The notes below the pieces were generated by a model. It saw only the letters and a list, made by a program, of their open reading frames with translations. It had not been told where the DNA came from and ran no database searches. The translations under genes were made by a program, and so were the position numbers. Of a stretch of 24,633 nucleotides of DNA, positions 1 through 7,733 are shown piece by piece. Position 1 is the first letter of the stretch, and each line of letters begins with the position of its first letter. Origin of the DNA: a virus (taxonomy: Duplodnaviria > Caudoviricetes); the IMG/VR virus record IMGVR_UViG_3300046467_001725, positions 1 to 24,633 of that record; one strand, written 5' to 3'.

Positions 1-1
1 T

Positions 2-253
2 CAATTCCGTGGCTATGACGGCAATAACGAACTTGACCACAGACGGGTTGTACGTTATCTGGTGAATGATCTGGATCGCTTCGAATCGATGAAAGATGTC
101 GCTACTTTGAACTCGCACTGCCCAGTAGTCGAAATGTACGCGCGGATGTATGAAGTGTTTGAACCGATACGAGCTCAACTCATAAACCGTCTGATGGGGC
201 CGGATGAAATTGTTGCCGTATTACAGGCTGCAGTTCATCCAAGTAACCGCTGA
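2..253 (+). CDS. YfbU-family protein, 3' part (5' end outside the window)
   Basis: The frame is open from base 2: QFRGYDGNNELDHRRVVRYLVNDLDRF...LNSHCPVVEMYARMYEVF. This matches the F-x-G-(F/Y)-D-G-N-x-E ... NSHxP ... Y-x-R-M pattern of YfbU proteins. Confidence 0.75.
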   Translation, partial: QFRGYDGNNELDHRRVVRYLVNDLDRFESMKDVATLNSHCPVVEMYARMYEVFEPIRAQLINRLMGPDEIVAVLQAAVHPSNR

Positions 254-266
254 AATCGAAAAGCGT

Positions 267-290
267 CATGCCCACCTTTAAGTGGGCATG
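267..290. terminator. Hairpin between the convergent YfbU-like gene and int; likely terminator
   Basis: CATGCCCAC-CTTTAA-GTGGGCATG is a 9-bp perfect stem, followed by ACGCTTTT on the minus strand. Confidence 0.6.
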
Positions 291-293
291 TCG

Positions 294-1511
294 TTAGTTC
301 TCACGAAATCCAAGCATCTTTGACACTATGCCAGCCATGCTCTTGGTGTCCTTCGGTATCCATCTCCCGTAATGTTTTCGCACCATGGTTGTATCGGCGT
401 GCCCCAGTTGCCTGGCCACCCATTCGACCGGAACGTAACTCGACAGCATCTGGCTTGCAAACGTGTGGCGGCATTGGTTGGCGCCTCGGTGGCGGACCTC
501 TGCTTTTTTCAGATGGGCGGTGAACCAGTTACTCAATGTCTTGCCGTTCCAGAGCAAACCGCTGGTCGAGCTGCGGAAGAGGAACCTGACTCTCATCTTC
601 TTGGACGTGATGTTGTCGCGTTGTATAACGGTGATCTCTTCGGCTACTGCTTCCTTCGCGTCGGCAACTATCTCTCGCATCAGTTCGAGGGCTGGGTCTA
701 TGAGTTCGATGGCTCGGACCCTGGAGCGCTCTTTGGGGACTTTGAATTCTCCGACGACCAATGCGCGGCGGATGTGTACTAGGCCGGCTTCAAGATCTAC
801 ATCTTCAACGGCGAGCCCGATGAGTTCGGAAAGGGACAATCCGGCCCAGCAGTTGAACTCAATCATTCGGGTATCAGGTCGCCGGTCGGGATCTGCTTTG
901 CCAATCGACTCAATCTCGTTGCGACTGAAGGGGTCGGCATGCTCCAGGTCGACGTCCGATCCGACGTTTCTGATCCTATCGAGCGGATTGGCTTTCAGGA
1001 TGCCGTCACCAAACGCGTCAGCCCAGACACCGCGCACGACGGTGAAGATGTCATTTACCGTCTTTGGAGCCAGCCCTTGCTTGAGCAACTGCGCCTGGAA
1101 CAGCTCGATGTCGCTTTTGCTGATGTCGACGATTCGGCGTTTGCCGAACTTGTTCTCAACGTGCACGGCCTTGCTCACGTAGTTGACCACCGTGCTTGAT
1201 GCTTTGAGGGCGCGCTGAACCTCCAGCCACCGGTCAATGCCTTCCTTCACTGTGCGCTTGAGTGACGGGCCGCCTGTGCCCGTGAACATGGCTGCCCTGG
1301 GCGAGTTCGGAAAGTGGGCCGCATAATCGAAGCGGCCCTCCTTGATTTCCGCGAGAATGGTACGTCGTTTGTTGTCGGCGTAGGCGATCGCGGCCTTGTT
1401 TACCTTCGAGATCCCTTCCAGGGGTTCCCGGCACCGTTGACCGTTGAAGATGAACCAGATGCGGAGTTGCTTGCCGTTCATCTCCACGCCAGTTGGCATC
1501 TTGTCGATCAT
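294..1511 (-). CDS. int: Tyrosine recombinase/integrase with N-terminal arm-binding (DUF3596-like) domain
   Basis: N-terminus PTGVE...LRIWFIFNGQRCRE; catalytic-region motifs PKERS, NQCRHTFAS, RQLGH, KHYGRW; ATGA overlap with xis. Confidence 0.95.
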   Translation of the reverse strand: MIDKMPTGVEMNGKQLRIWFIFNGQRCREPLEGISKVNKAAIAYADNKRRTILAEIKEGRFDYAAHFPNSPRAAMFTGTGGPSLKRTVKEGIDRWLEVQRALKASSTVVNYVSKAVHVENKFGKRRIVDISKSDIELFQAQLLKQGLAPKTVNDIFTVVRGVWADAFGDGILKANPLDRIRNVGSDVDLEHADPFSRNEIESIGKADPDRRPDTRMIEFNCWAGLSLSELIGLAVEDVDLEAGLVHIRRALVVGEFKVPKERSRVRAIELIDPALELMREIVADAKEAVAEEITVIQRDNITSKKMRVRFLFRSSTSGLLWNGKTLSNWFTAHLKKAEVRHRGANQCRHTFASQMLSSYVPVEWVARQLGHADTTMVRKHYGRWIPKDTKSMAGIVSKMLGFREN

Positions 1512-1723
1512 GGCTTTCCTTCCATCCAGCGCTCAATGGCCTCGCGGTTGTAGACGATCACGTTAGCTGGGTCGTAACGCCAGTGCTTGCCCTCAAGCCA
1601 CAGACCGCGGGAACGGTACTTGCGAACCGCTTCGGTGCTTAGGCCGAAGACTGGGTACAGCAGATCCTGGCGAAACCAGGCGCCGGGGGTGATGTTGAAG
1701 TCGAGTTTTTCTGCTGCGCTCAT
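1508..1723 (-). CDS. xis: Excisionase (DUF1233-like)
   Basis: 71-aa protein with GLS..AVRKYR...WLEGKHW...YNREAIERW, directly upstream of int. Confidence 0.85.
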   Translation of the reverse strand: MSAAEKLDFNITPGAWFRQDLLYPVFGLSTEAVRKYRSRGLWLEGKHWRYDPANVIVYNREAIERWMEGKP

Positions 1724-1764
1724 GCTGCCTCCCGTGTTTTCACGGTTTCTTTCTGAGTATTCAT
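1720..1764 (-). CDS. 14-aa mini-ORF MNTQKETVKTREAA coupled to xis
   Basis: Strong SD (GAGGAGAGG) before ATG 1764; its TGA overlaps the xis ATG (ATGA). Too short for the ORF track. Confidence 0.55.
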   Translation of the reverse strand: MNTQKETVKTREAA

Positions 1765-1780
1765 TGATGCACCTCTCCTC

Positions 1781-2032
1781 TTACATCCGAAACGAATGAT
1801 GAGCGCGCGACGGCAGTAGCTTCTGCTCTGCGGGTTGTGCACCGTCGGATTGGGTCTCACACACGAATCTGTGTCGTTTCCGGTTGGGCGCAGTCAGCGC
1901 CTTGGTCAGATCAGGCAAAGCGTCAATGCATTGCTCGTAGGCGTGAGGTCCCTTCCAGCTATCAGCCTTCACCACCTGGCAATCTGTACGGGTTGCGTCC
2001 GTGCACAGGTACAGCAGAAGGAAAACGGTCAT
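1781..2032 (-). CDS. Hypothetical protein (83 aa, Cys-containing, hydrophobic N-terminus)
   Basis: ATG 2032 overlaps the methyltransferase stop (ATGA) and is preceded by GGAGG; MTVFLLLYLCTDATRTDC... Confidence 0.75.
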   Translation of the reverse strand: MTVFLLLYLCTDATRTDCQVVKADSWKGPHAYEQCIDALPDLTKALTAPNRKRHRFVCETQSDGAQPAEQKLLPSRAHHSFRM

Positions 2033-4020
2033 ACGCCAACCTCCTGCTGGGCCACACTCAGCGCAATCGCCACCGGCTGCACCCAAACCGAAATGTTGCT
2101 GAGCATGAACGTCTCTCCTGCCTCGGAAAGCAGCAGCGTCGTGCCGAACACATCCGCCATTGCCCGTGCCGCTGCGCGTGGTACGGCGTTGCCAATCCGC
2201 TCCCGGTGCTGGCCGTCGTTGATTCCGTCCAGACGGAAGACTCCCGCCTGTTCAATCTTGCGAACGCGCTGCATGCGCTCGATCTCATGAGCGGTCTGTG
2301 GATCTGCTGACCAGTGATCTTCTGGGTCGAACAGTGATTGCAGCGCGGCCAACTCCAGCGTGGTGAACGGCCGGTGCCAGGTCCCGTCGAGGCTGGTGAT
2401 CATGCAGGTCAGCCGATCGTTGTGCGCCGGCATGCGCTGATCGGCAACTGACCAGCGGCCGTTATCGTGGCAAGCACTGGCAGATACGGCGCCGGCCGGT
2501 GCGCTGTATTCGACCACGCCGTAATGCCCGCCAGTCAGGTACGCATCGCCCTTGCTGTGCGACATTCCTGGGCGAGGATCTGCGATCGATAACGCGCCGC
2601 TGGCCACCTGTTGCGAGCCAGTCACGGTCTTGGCGCTCTCGCACCAGGGCGTGATCCGCAACTTTTGCGTGCTGGCATTCGGGTGCCATGTTTTATAGGC
2701 GGGATCTGCCACGGCGAAAGCGCCTTGCCCGGTGGTGCTGCCGGCGATGACGGTGCCGGCCGGCTTGCTGTAGTCGGTGACCAGGTACTTGCCGAAACCC
2801 TTGGACGGTTGCCGAGGGTCGGCCACGGCCTGCCCGCCAGAGCTCTGCCCGTGTCCTGCAGTGACAGTGCCGGCGGTTTGGTCATTGCGTACCACGCGGA
2901 ACACATTATTGTGGCGCTCGCCGGTCATGCGCGGGTCAGCAACGCTGAACGTCCCTTGCCCCGGGCTGCGCTGACCGGTTACGACACCGCAGTGGCGGTC
3001 ATAGGGCAGTACGCCGAATTGGGTGTACTCGAATTTGTTGGTGGGTCGCGGATCTGCCACGGAAAACTTGCCGTTCATTGGGCGGCTCGCACCTGCAACA
3101 ACCCCGGCTGCATCGTCCCAATCGACAACCCCGAGTACGCCGTTGTGGTAGTCAGGCACGATCACAAAGTCGCGCAGGTGCCCGTCCTCGATCGCAAACC
3201 GGCTCAGGCTGCGCCAATCCTTCCCGGCCTCGACCAAGGCCAGGCGTACCCATGTTTTCCACTGCAACGCCGGCACGCGGTGCATCGGCCCAGCCTGATC
3301 TATATCGCCTGCCAGGGGCATGCGGCTCAGCACGTCACCGACGGCACGCAGGCTGCGTTTCTCTGGTTCGTACAGGAACGCCGGCACCTTCTCGACGTGC
3401 CTGGCCACCAGCAAGAAGCGCTTACGGCTCTGGGCCAACCCGCCAATTTCGCCACAGTCGTGGGTGGTTTCAGCCACCGCGTAGCCGTAGTGCCTTAGTA
3501 GCTTGGTGATCTGGTCCAGCAAGTACCGGCCACGAGTGGCCAAGCGCGGTACGTTTTCGAACACGATCAGCGACACCGGGTTGTGCTTCCAGGCTTCGCA
3601 CATCAGCCATACGCAACGCAACGTCAGCTCATTGAGCGCCCGGTATTTGGGCGTCTGGCTCATGGTCTCGGACAAAAGGCCCGAGGCACCCTTGCAGGGA
3701 CTGCTGATGAACACTGCATCCGGATCTTCGTTGCCGGCAGCGCGGCGCAGATCCTCGGCGGTGGCTTCCTTCCAACCGGCGGGAGGCTGCTGGCCGTGGA
3801 ACGCCGTGAATTGCTCGCGTGTGAACAGGTCCATCAGCGTGCCAGGTACGCCGGTCATCATTTGGAAATCGCGTAACCCGGCGGGGTCGACGTCGACGCC
3901 ACCCAGGCAGCGCCATTCAGCTTGCACAGGTCCCAGGACCGGTTTGGAGTCGCTGAAACCAGCAGCGCCGCTGCCGAGGCCGCAGCAAAGATGGAAGTGG
4001 GTGAGGGTGCGCTTAAGCAT
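2029..4020 (-). CDS. Orphan C5-cytosine DNA methyltransferase, 663 aa, with an expanded repetitive variable region
   Basis: Motif I HLCCGLGSG, motif IV SSPCKG, motif VI FENV, motif VIII QSRKR, motif X RIGNAVP. Start reassigned to ATG 4020 (SD GGGAGG, overlap with the upstream stop). No cognate nuclease in the window. Confidence 0.92.
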   Translation of the reverse strand: MLKRTLTHFHLCCGLGSGAAGFSDSKPVLGPVQAEWRCLGGVDVDPAGLRDFQMMTGVPGTLMDLFTREQFTAFHGQQPPAGWKEATAEDLRRAAGNEDPDAVFISSPCKGASGLLSETMSQTPKYRALNELTLRCVWLMCEAWKHNPVSLIVFENVPRLATRGRYLLDQITKLLRHYGYAVAETTHDCGEIGGLAQSRKRFLLVARHVEKVPAFLYEPEKRSLRAVGDVLSRMPLAGDIDQAGPMHRVPALQWKTWVRLALVEAGKDWRSLSRFAIEDGHLRDFVIVPDYHNGVLGVVDWDDAAGVVAGASRPMNGKFSVADPRPTNKFEYTQFGVLPYDRHCGVVTGQRSPGQGTFSVADPRMTGERHNNVFRVVRNDQTAGTVTAGHGQSSGGQAVADPRQPSKGFGKYLVTDYSKPAGTVIAGSTTGQGAFAVADPAYKTWHPNASTQKLRITPWCESAKTVTGSQQVASGALSIADPRPGMSHSKGDAYLTGGHYGVVEYSAPAGAVSASACHDNGRWSVADQRMPAHNDRLTCMITSLDGTWHRPFTTLELAALQSLFDPEDHWSADPQTAHEIERMQRVRKIEQAGVFRLDGINDGQHRERIGNAVPRAAARAMADVFGTTLLLSEAGETFMLSNISVWVQPVAIALSVAQQEVGV
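2431..3140 (-). repeat. Six tandem ~40-aa protein repeats ending in (S/A)(V/I)AD(P/Q)x inside the methyltransferase
   Basis: LGVVDWDDAAGVVAG..FSVADPR / FGVLPYDRHCGVVTG..FSVADPR / FRVVRNDQTAGTVTA..QAVADPR / YLVTDYSKPAGTVIA..FAVADPA / LRITPWCESAKTVTG..LSIADPR / YGVVEYSAPAGAVSA..WSVADQR. Confidence 0.9.
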
Positions 4021-4297
4021 GGGATGCCTCCCGCGCGGCAAAGCAGCAATTCCCCGAAACGTGCATATACCCCACGACAGGCTGCGCAGTCGGGCGTCCC
4101 GAAGCGGTAAGCGTTGCATCATTGACCGCTGCCCCGCGCAGCTTTTCGTGGGGTATACGTGCCTCGGCAGTGGCGCTTGAAGGAGCAATAATGCCTGCTG
4201 CTGCGCAGCAGAGACTGTTTGTTTCTGGCGTGTCGACACCACTGGTGCTGCGGAGCAAAGCGGGCAGGGCGCTGGTGTTTTCCTGTTGGTTCTTCAT
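4013..4297 (-). CDS. Hypothetical protein (94 aa)
   Basis: ATGA overlap with the HD gene, SD GAGGA, stop overlaps the methyltransferase start. Low-complexity sequence. Confidence 0.6.
   Translation of the reverse strand: MKNQQENTSALPALLRSTSGVDTPETNSLCCAAAGIIAPSSATAEARIPHEKLRGAAVNDATLTASGRPTAQPVVGYMHVSGNCCFAAREASHA
4066..4157. repeat. 22-bp imperfect inverted repeat enclosing two inner hairpins
   Basis: TATACCCCACGACAGGCTGCGC (4066-4087) and GCGCAGCTTTTCGTGGGGTATA (4136-4157) give 20/22 Watson-Crick pairs. Inner TCGGG-CGT-CCCGA and AGCGGT..ACCGCT. Confidence 0.85.
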
Positions 4298-4836
4298 GCC
4301 GCTTTCCTCCTATGTTCGACAGCGAGTTGGTCCATCAGGCGCTGGTGGTAGGTGAGTCGGGCTTCTGCGGCAGGCCATGGACGGATGATTTCGGCCATAG
4401 GTTGTATGCCGACCAAACAATCCCAGATAGCCGGGTCGGTTGGCATGAGGTCGCGGCGTTCGGTGGCCAGCGCAATCAAGTCGGCCTGGTGAACGCATGC
4501 AGGAAGTTCTGCAGCAATGTCGAAGCGCTGGCACACGCGTTGCCATACCCAGTCTTCAAAGTCCTGGTATGCATGTATCCACTGTTTAAGTGGCTTGGTC
4601 ATGTCGCCCAGGTACGCCTCTGGCGCGTCGTGGAGTAAGGCCGCGAGCTTGTGTTCTTCTGGCACCAGCTCGGCGACGATGCAGCTGTGTTGCGCCACGC
4701 TGTAGAACTCGCGGGTGTGACCGTTGAAGCGGCAGAGGTGTGCCAGTGAGTGGGAAATATCCCGTGGGTCGATCATGTCGGCGTCAGGTTCGAACAGGTC
4801 AAAACGTTTGCCGGTGTGGGTGAGGATCCAGTTCAT
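4294..4836 (-). CDS. HD-domain phosphohydrolase (YfdR/YfbR-like 5'-deoxynucleotidase)
   Basis: DISHSLAHLCRFNGH...YSVAQHS...ALLHDAPEAYLGD...AD..ALATERRDL. Confidence 0.9.
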   Translation of the reverse strand: MNWILTHTGKRFDLFEPDADMIDPRDISHSLAHLCRFNGHTREFYSVAQHSCIVAELVPEEHKLAALLHDAPEAYLGDMTKPLKQWIHAYQDFEDWVWQRVCQRFDIAAELPACVHQADLIALATERRDLMPTDPAIWDCLVGIQPMAEIIRPWPAAEARLTYHQRLMDQLAVEHRRKAA

Positions 4837-5054
4837 GCGGCCTCCTTCACGAGATCAGCCAGCAGCAGGGCGTTGTCAGCTGCCTTATGCAATTCGCGGA
4901 GAGCGTCGTAACCGATCAGCGCTTTCAGTTGCCGGTCGAACTCTTTGTTATGGCGAGTCATTGCGTTCAGTTCCTTCATAGCCTTGGAGTACTGCTGTTG
5001 CAGTGTTCCAGCAGCCTGGGGCGTCAGACGCAGCATTGGGATAGCGCGACTCAT
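4833..5054 (-). CDS. Hypothetical protein (73 aa, helical)
   Basis: ATG 5054 is in ATGA overlap with the upstream gene, SD GGAGG; MSRAIPMLRLTPQAAG...KEAA. Confidence 0.75.
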   Translation of the reverse strand: MSRAIPMLRLTPQAAGTLQQQYSKAMKELNAMTRHNKEFDRQLKALIGYDALRELHKAADNALLLADLVKEAA

Positions 5055-5449
5055 GCTGCATCCTCCTGATAGAAGGAATCCAACTCGGCGGCCATGCTCA
5101 AAGCGTGGTCGCGCAGAATGAGTGCTTGAGTTGCGTGGCCTTCCGATTTGATCGCTTGAAAGAAGTCGGCGGCGAGTTTGAGTTTTCCCGCGATGGCCGT
5201 CAGGATCTGACGGTCCTGGGGTTCCCTGATCAAAATCAGTTCGAGGCGTTCGCATCGGCGCGTGGCCTTTTCAAGAGCGGTAGCACTCGACGACTCGCCC
5301 TCCTCAATGCCCTCGATGTAGCCATTAGTGTGGCCATCGTCATAACCGTCAGCCCAGCCATCCTTCAAGCCGCCCCGATACCCGACCCAATACAAAATGG
5401 CGAGTGCGATTACGAAGGTGACCAGTGCGAAAACTTCAAAAAATGTCAT
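5051..5449 (-). CDS. Hypothetical membrane-anchored protein with GxxxG repeats
   Basis: N-terminal TM helix, then GYRGGLKDGWADGYDDGHTNGYIEGIEEG; SD AGGAG. Confidence 0.8.
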   Translation of the reverse strand: MTFFEVFALVTFVIALAILYWVGYRGGLKDGWADGYDDGHTNGYIEGIEEGESSSATALEKATRRCERLELILIREPQDRQILTAIAGKLKLAADFFQAIKSEGHATQALILRDHALSMAAELDSFYQEDAA

Positions 5450-5505
5450 GTGGTGTGCTCCTGTGGTGTCACTTAAGCTGGTGGTGGCAGCAGTGTTGAA
5501 ACGGG

Positions 5506-5703
5506 TTATTCGTGATCAGGATCTGGTGGATCGGCCAGGCCACACATCAGCTTGGCTTGGTACGGCATGTAGCCTTCCTCGCGCAGATCGTCGTATAGGC
5601 GGTAGTCGGCGGCGAGATGGCTGCAGTGCCCGCAAAGTCGGTCGGGTGTTCTGTTCGCCGATAACTGTGCCCGGCAGTGTCGGCAATAGTCTTGAAGTGA
5701 CAT
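5506..5703 (-). CDS. Small CxxC...CxxC zinc-finger protein (65 aa)
   Basis: MSLQDYCRHC...LCGHCS; SD GGAG upstream of ATG 5703. Confidence 0.7.
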   Translation of the reverse strand: MSLQDYCRHCRAQLSANRTPDRLCGHCSHLAADYRLYDDLREEGYMPYQAKLMCGLADPPDPDHE

Positions 5704-5704
5704 G

Positions 5705-6028
5705 TCAGTTTTCCTCCGAATCGCTATGAGGTCTCGGCATGGCCTGGTCCGCCTGGTAAGCACGAATATCGATCAGCGCCGCGACATGCCTGATGTGTGC
5801 ATAACGCAGAGCTTTACCGCTGAGATCCAAGGTGGTCACCGGCAACTGAATCCGTCCGCTGTTGATTGCCTCGGTAAACGTCTTCTCGTTGATGTTTTTG
5901 AAGTAGTGCGCGTGCACCTTTTCCATGGGAATAAGCACATCGCCGAAGATGCGGTGCAGCATCTCGATGGTGGACGGATCTGGTGCGGGCAGCAGCCGGA
6001 TTGGTTGCTGGCCGACGTTGGCGGTCAT
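5705..6028 (-). CDS. Pyocin activator PrtN-family protein
   Basis: T.EMLHRIFGDVLIP.EKV...YF.N.N..TF...I.SGRI.LPV..LD.S.KA..Y.HIRH.AA.ID.RA pattern. Confidence 0.85.
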   Translation of the reverse strand: MTANVGQQPIRLLPAPDPSTIEMLHRIFGDVLIPMEKVHAHYFKNINEKTFTEAINSGRIQLPVTTLDLSGKALRYAHIRHVAALIDIRAYQADQAMPRPHSDSEEN

Positions 6029-6459
6029 TTGGCCTCCAGGCTGGAGAGGTCATAGGCGTGGGCCCCCAGCTTGCAAAGGTCATAGGCGTTGTCTCGGAGA
6101 GAGCGCAGCACTTCCGCTGGGGAGTTGCCGTACCCCGAAAGAATGGTCTTGCCGTTGTCAAACCCATGAGGGTTGTGGATATAGACTGCAATTTTTGGGA
6201 CTGCGCGATTAGACAGGCGGAACTCCGTGGTAACGGTGCTATTTGGATTCAGGGACACAACGTCCAACTGGTTTGCGAGTAGCAGTACAGCTGCATGCAG
6301 TTCTGGCAGGCTGGACAGCGTTGATGGGGGCGCATCAGCCGTTACCCCGGCAGCACTGCAAACCAAATGAGCGAAACCTTGGATCTGCTCTGGGGTTCGC
6401 TCGACGGCCTTTGTAGAAAGCAACTGGTTCAGCGCTTGATCAATCAGTTTGTGGTCCAT
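6025..6459 (-). CDS. Hypothetical protein (144 aa)
   Basis: ATG 6459 with a purine-rich SD; stop overlaps the PrtN-like start (ATGA). Confidence 0.7.
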   Translation of the reverse strand: MDHKLIDQALNQLLSTKAVERTPEQIQGFAHLVCSAAGVTADAPPSTLSSLPELHAAVLLLANQLDVVSLNPNSTVTTEFRLSNRAVPKIAVYIHNPHGFDNGKTILSGYGNSPAEVLRSLRDNAYDLCKLGAHAYDLSSLEAK

Positions 6460-6625
6460 GGCTTCTCTTCCTCTTGGGATGATTCCAGGCAATAAGGCAG
6501 TGTTTTTTCGTCAGATCGCGCAGGTGTTCCGGTACTTCGAGGAGCGCAGCATTGCGCTCCTCGCGTGTGCGCATGGCAACGATCTGGCGGGCGTACTCGC
6601 GCGGCCATGCTTCTGGCTGTCTCAT
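6440..6625 (-). CDS. Hypothetical protein (61 aa)
   Basis: TAATG overlap with the upstream gene; WPREYARQI...ERNAALLEVPEHLR. Confidence 0.75.
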   Translation of the reverse strand: MRQPEAWPREYARQIVAMRTREERNAALLEVPEHLRDLTKKHCLIAWNHPKRKRSHGPQTD

Positions 6626-6915
6626 TACGCGACTTCTCGCGGGTCAGGCACGGCGGGTGGGGCTGGGCGCTCAATACCGATCTGCCTGGCCAGCCAGGAA
6701 ATGCCAATGTCCGTCACGCGCGTGGTGCGCTTGTATTGCATGCCATACTTCTCGTGAAACCAGCGACTCTCACGGGTGACCAAAAAGTCTTTGGTAGCGG
6801 CAGGGTTGGTTGGCAGGTTGTGTTGATCCAGCAGGCCTTTGTCGCGCATGCGTTTCATCAGCTCGCGGTGACCCAAACCAAGGCGTTCGGCTACGCGTTT
6901 GAGGGATAAGCTCAC
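6625..6915 (-). CDS. Phage antirepressor KilAC(ANT)-domain protein
   Basis: LKRVAERLGLGHRELMKRMRDKGLL...NLP...TTRVTDIGISWLA; GTG start with GAGG SD. Confidence 0.75.
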   Translation of the reverse strand: MSLSLKRVAERLGLGHRELMKRMRDKGLLDQHNLPTNPAATKDFLVTRESRWFHEKYGMQYKRTTRVTDIGISWLARQIGIERPAPPAVPDPREVA

Positions 6916-6924
6916 GGCGGCACC

Positions 6925-7488
6925 TCATGCGGCGGCTGCGAGGCTATTGCGGTAGCCCTGCAGGAATTGATTGAGGTTTTCAGCCAACATTGCGTAGGCG
7001 CGCTGGTTGTCGGCGGGCAGGGTGAGTAGGCAGCCGGCGTCGTCGTCGATTTCGAGCTTGGCGATATAGCCGCCGCGTGGGTTGCGCTGGATCTGGAGCG
7101 AGGGCTCCAGTTCGTCAGCGATCAGATGGTAAATGCCGCGCCCACGTCGGATAGCCAGACGTAGGGTGGCCTCTATATCGCTGACAGCTTCATGCTCATC
7201 TACGTCGGGCACCCCGGTAGGGCTGCGGCCGTTGGCGATACCTTCGATAAAGCTCGCAACGCGCGTGGCGTTGTTTTTGCGGTTCTTATCGAGGGTGACT
7301 GACGTATTGAGCGTCCCGCAGATGCGCACCATCACCGTGATGCCGGCGGTGCACTGTTCAATCTCGACCTGAGCCGCTACGGATTGGCAGCCATCACACG
7401 AATGCAGGGTGTGATTGAACGTGCCGCTAAGGTTTACCTGGGCCTGGAGGCGAATATAGGCGGCGGCGTTGAGAGATAGTCTGCTCAT
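6925..7488 (-). CDS. Hypothetical protein (187 aa)
   Basis: Start reassigned to ATG 7488 (SD GGAGG, ATGA overlap with the 56-aa ORF). Confidence 0.75.
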   Translation of the reverse strand: MSRLSLNAAAYIRLQAQVNLSGTFNHTLHSCDGCQSVAAQVEIEQCTAGITVMVRICGTLNTSVTLDKNRKNNATRVASFIEGIANGRSPTGVPDVDEHEAVSDIEATLRLAIRRGRGIYHLIADELEPSLQIQRNPRGGYIAKLEIDDDAGCLLTLPADNQRAYAMLAENLNQFLQGYRNSLAAAA

Positions 7489-7655
7489 GCGGCACGCCCT
7501 CCATCGTCTGGATTGAAGGGGGGAGGGGTAGGGCTGGTGGTTGATTTGCGTTTGGTGGGAGCGAAGGCGCAGCCGTGGATTATGGCTAGGCGGCGCACCT
7601 CGAAAACGCGGCTTTCTGGGCACGTTGGGAGTACGTGCAAGGTTGCTGCTTGCAT
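7485..7655 (-). CDS. 56-aa first gene of the leftward operon (absent from the ORF track)
   Basis: MQAATLHVLPTCPESRVFEVRRLAIIHGCAFAPTKRKSTTSPTPPPFNPDDGGRAA; SD GAGG; ATGA overlap with the next gene. Confidence 0.75.
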   Translation of the reverse strand: MQAATLHVLPTCPESRVFEVRRLAIIHGCAFAPTKRKSTTSPTPPPFNPDDGGRAA

Positions 7656-7663
7656 GGGAATTG

Positions 7664-7689
7664 CCTCACTCTGTGGTGGAAGAGTGAGG
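7664..7689 (-). promoter_or_regulatory. PL leader hairpin with TCCACCAC loop overlapping the SD of the first early gene
   Basis: Minus strand CCTCACTCT-TCCACCAC-AGAGTGAGG, perfect 9-bp stem. Confidence 0.75.
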
Positions 7690-7691
7690 AG

Positions 7692-7733
7692 AAAATAACT
7701 TAGGTTTTAATTTGGCGCAATAACCTAGCGATT
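7692..7733 (-). promoter_or_regulatory. Putative PL promoter with two OL operators
   Basis: Minus strand -35 TTGCGC (7720-7715), 17 bp, -10 TATTTT (7697-7692). Operators ATAACTTAGGTTTT (7695-7708) and ATAACCTAGCGATT (7720-7733) resemble the OR sites. Confidence 0.65.

Noticed and set aside
254-293. attL core next to the integrase
   Set aside because: No tRNA end or partner repeat is visible in the window, so it cannot be assigned.
4021-4242. 74-aa N-terminal extension of the methyltransferase in the ORF track
   Set aside because: It overlaps the 94-aa ORF. ATG 4020 has a good SD and places motif I at the N-terminus.
4180-4355. Plus-strand AAGGAG + ATG 4191 opening a 54-aa ORF
   Set aside because: It is antisense to coupled genes, with no recognisable product or promoter. 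Worth revisiting only if plus-strand RNA is found.
6047-6089. 13-bp direct repeat AGGTCATAGGCGT, 30 bp apart
   Set aside because: Only two copies, in frame (AYDL twice). Likely a small duplication, not a CRISPR array or att site.
4341-7540. GCTGGTGG (E. coli Chi) at 4341, 5477 and 7533
   Set aside because: The host appears to be Pseudomonas, and the copies are explained by coding sequence or the CCACCAC hairpin.
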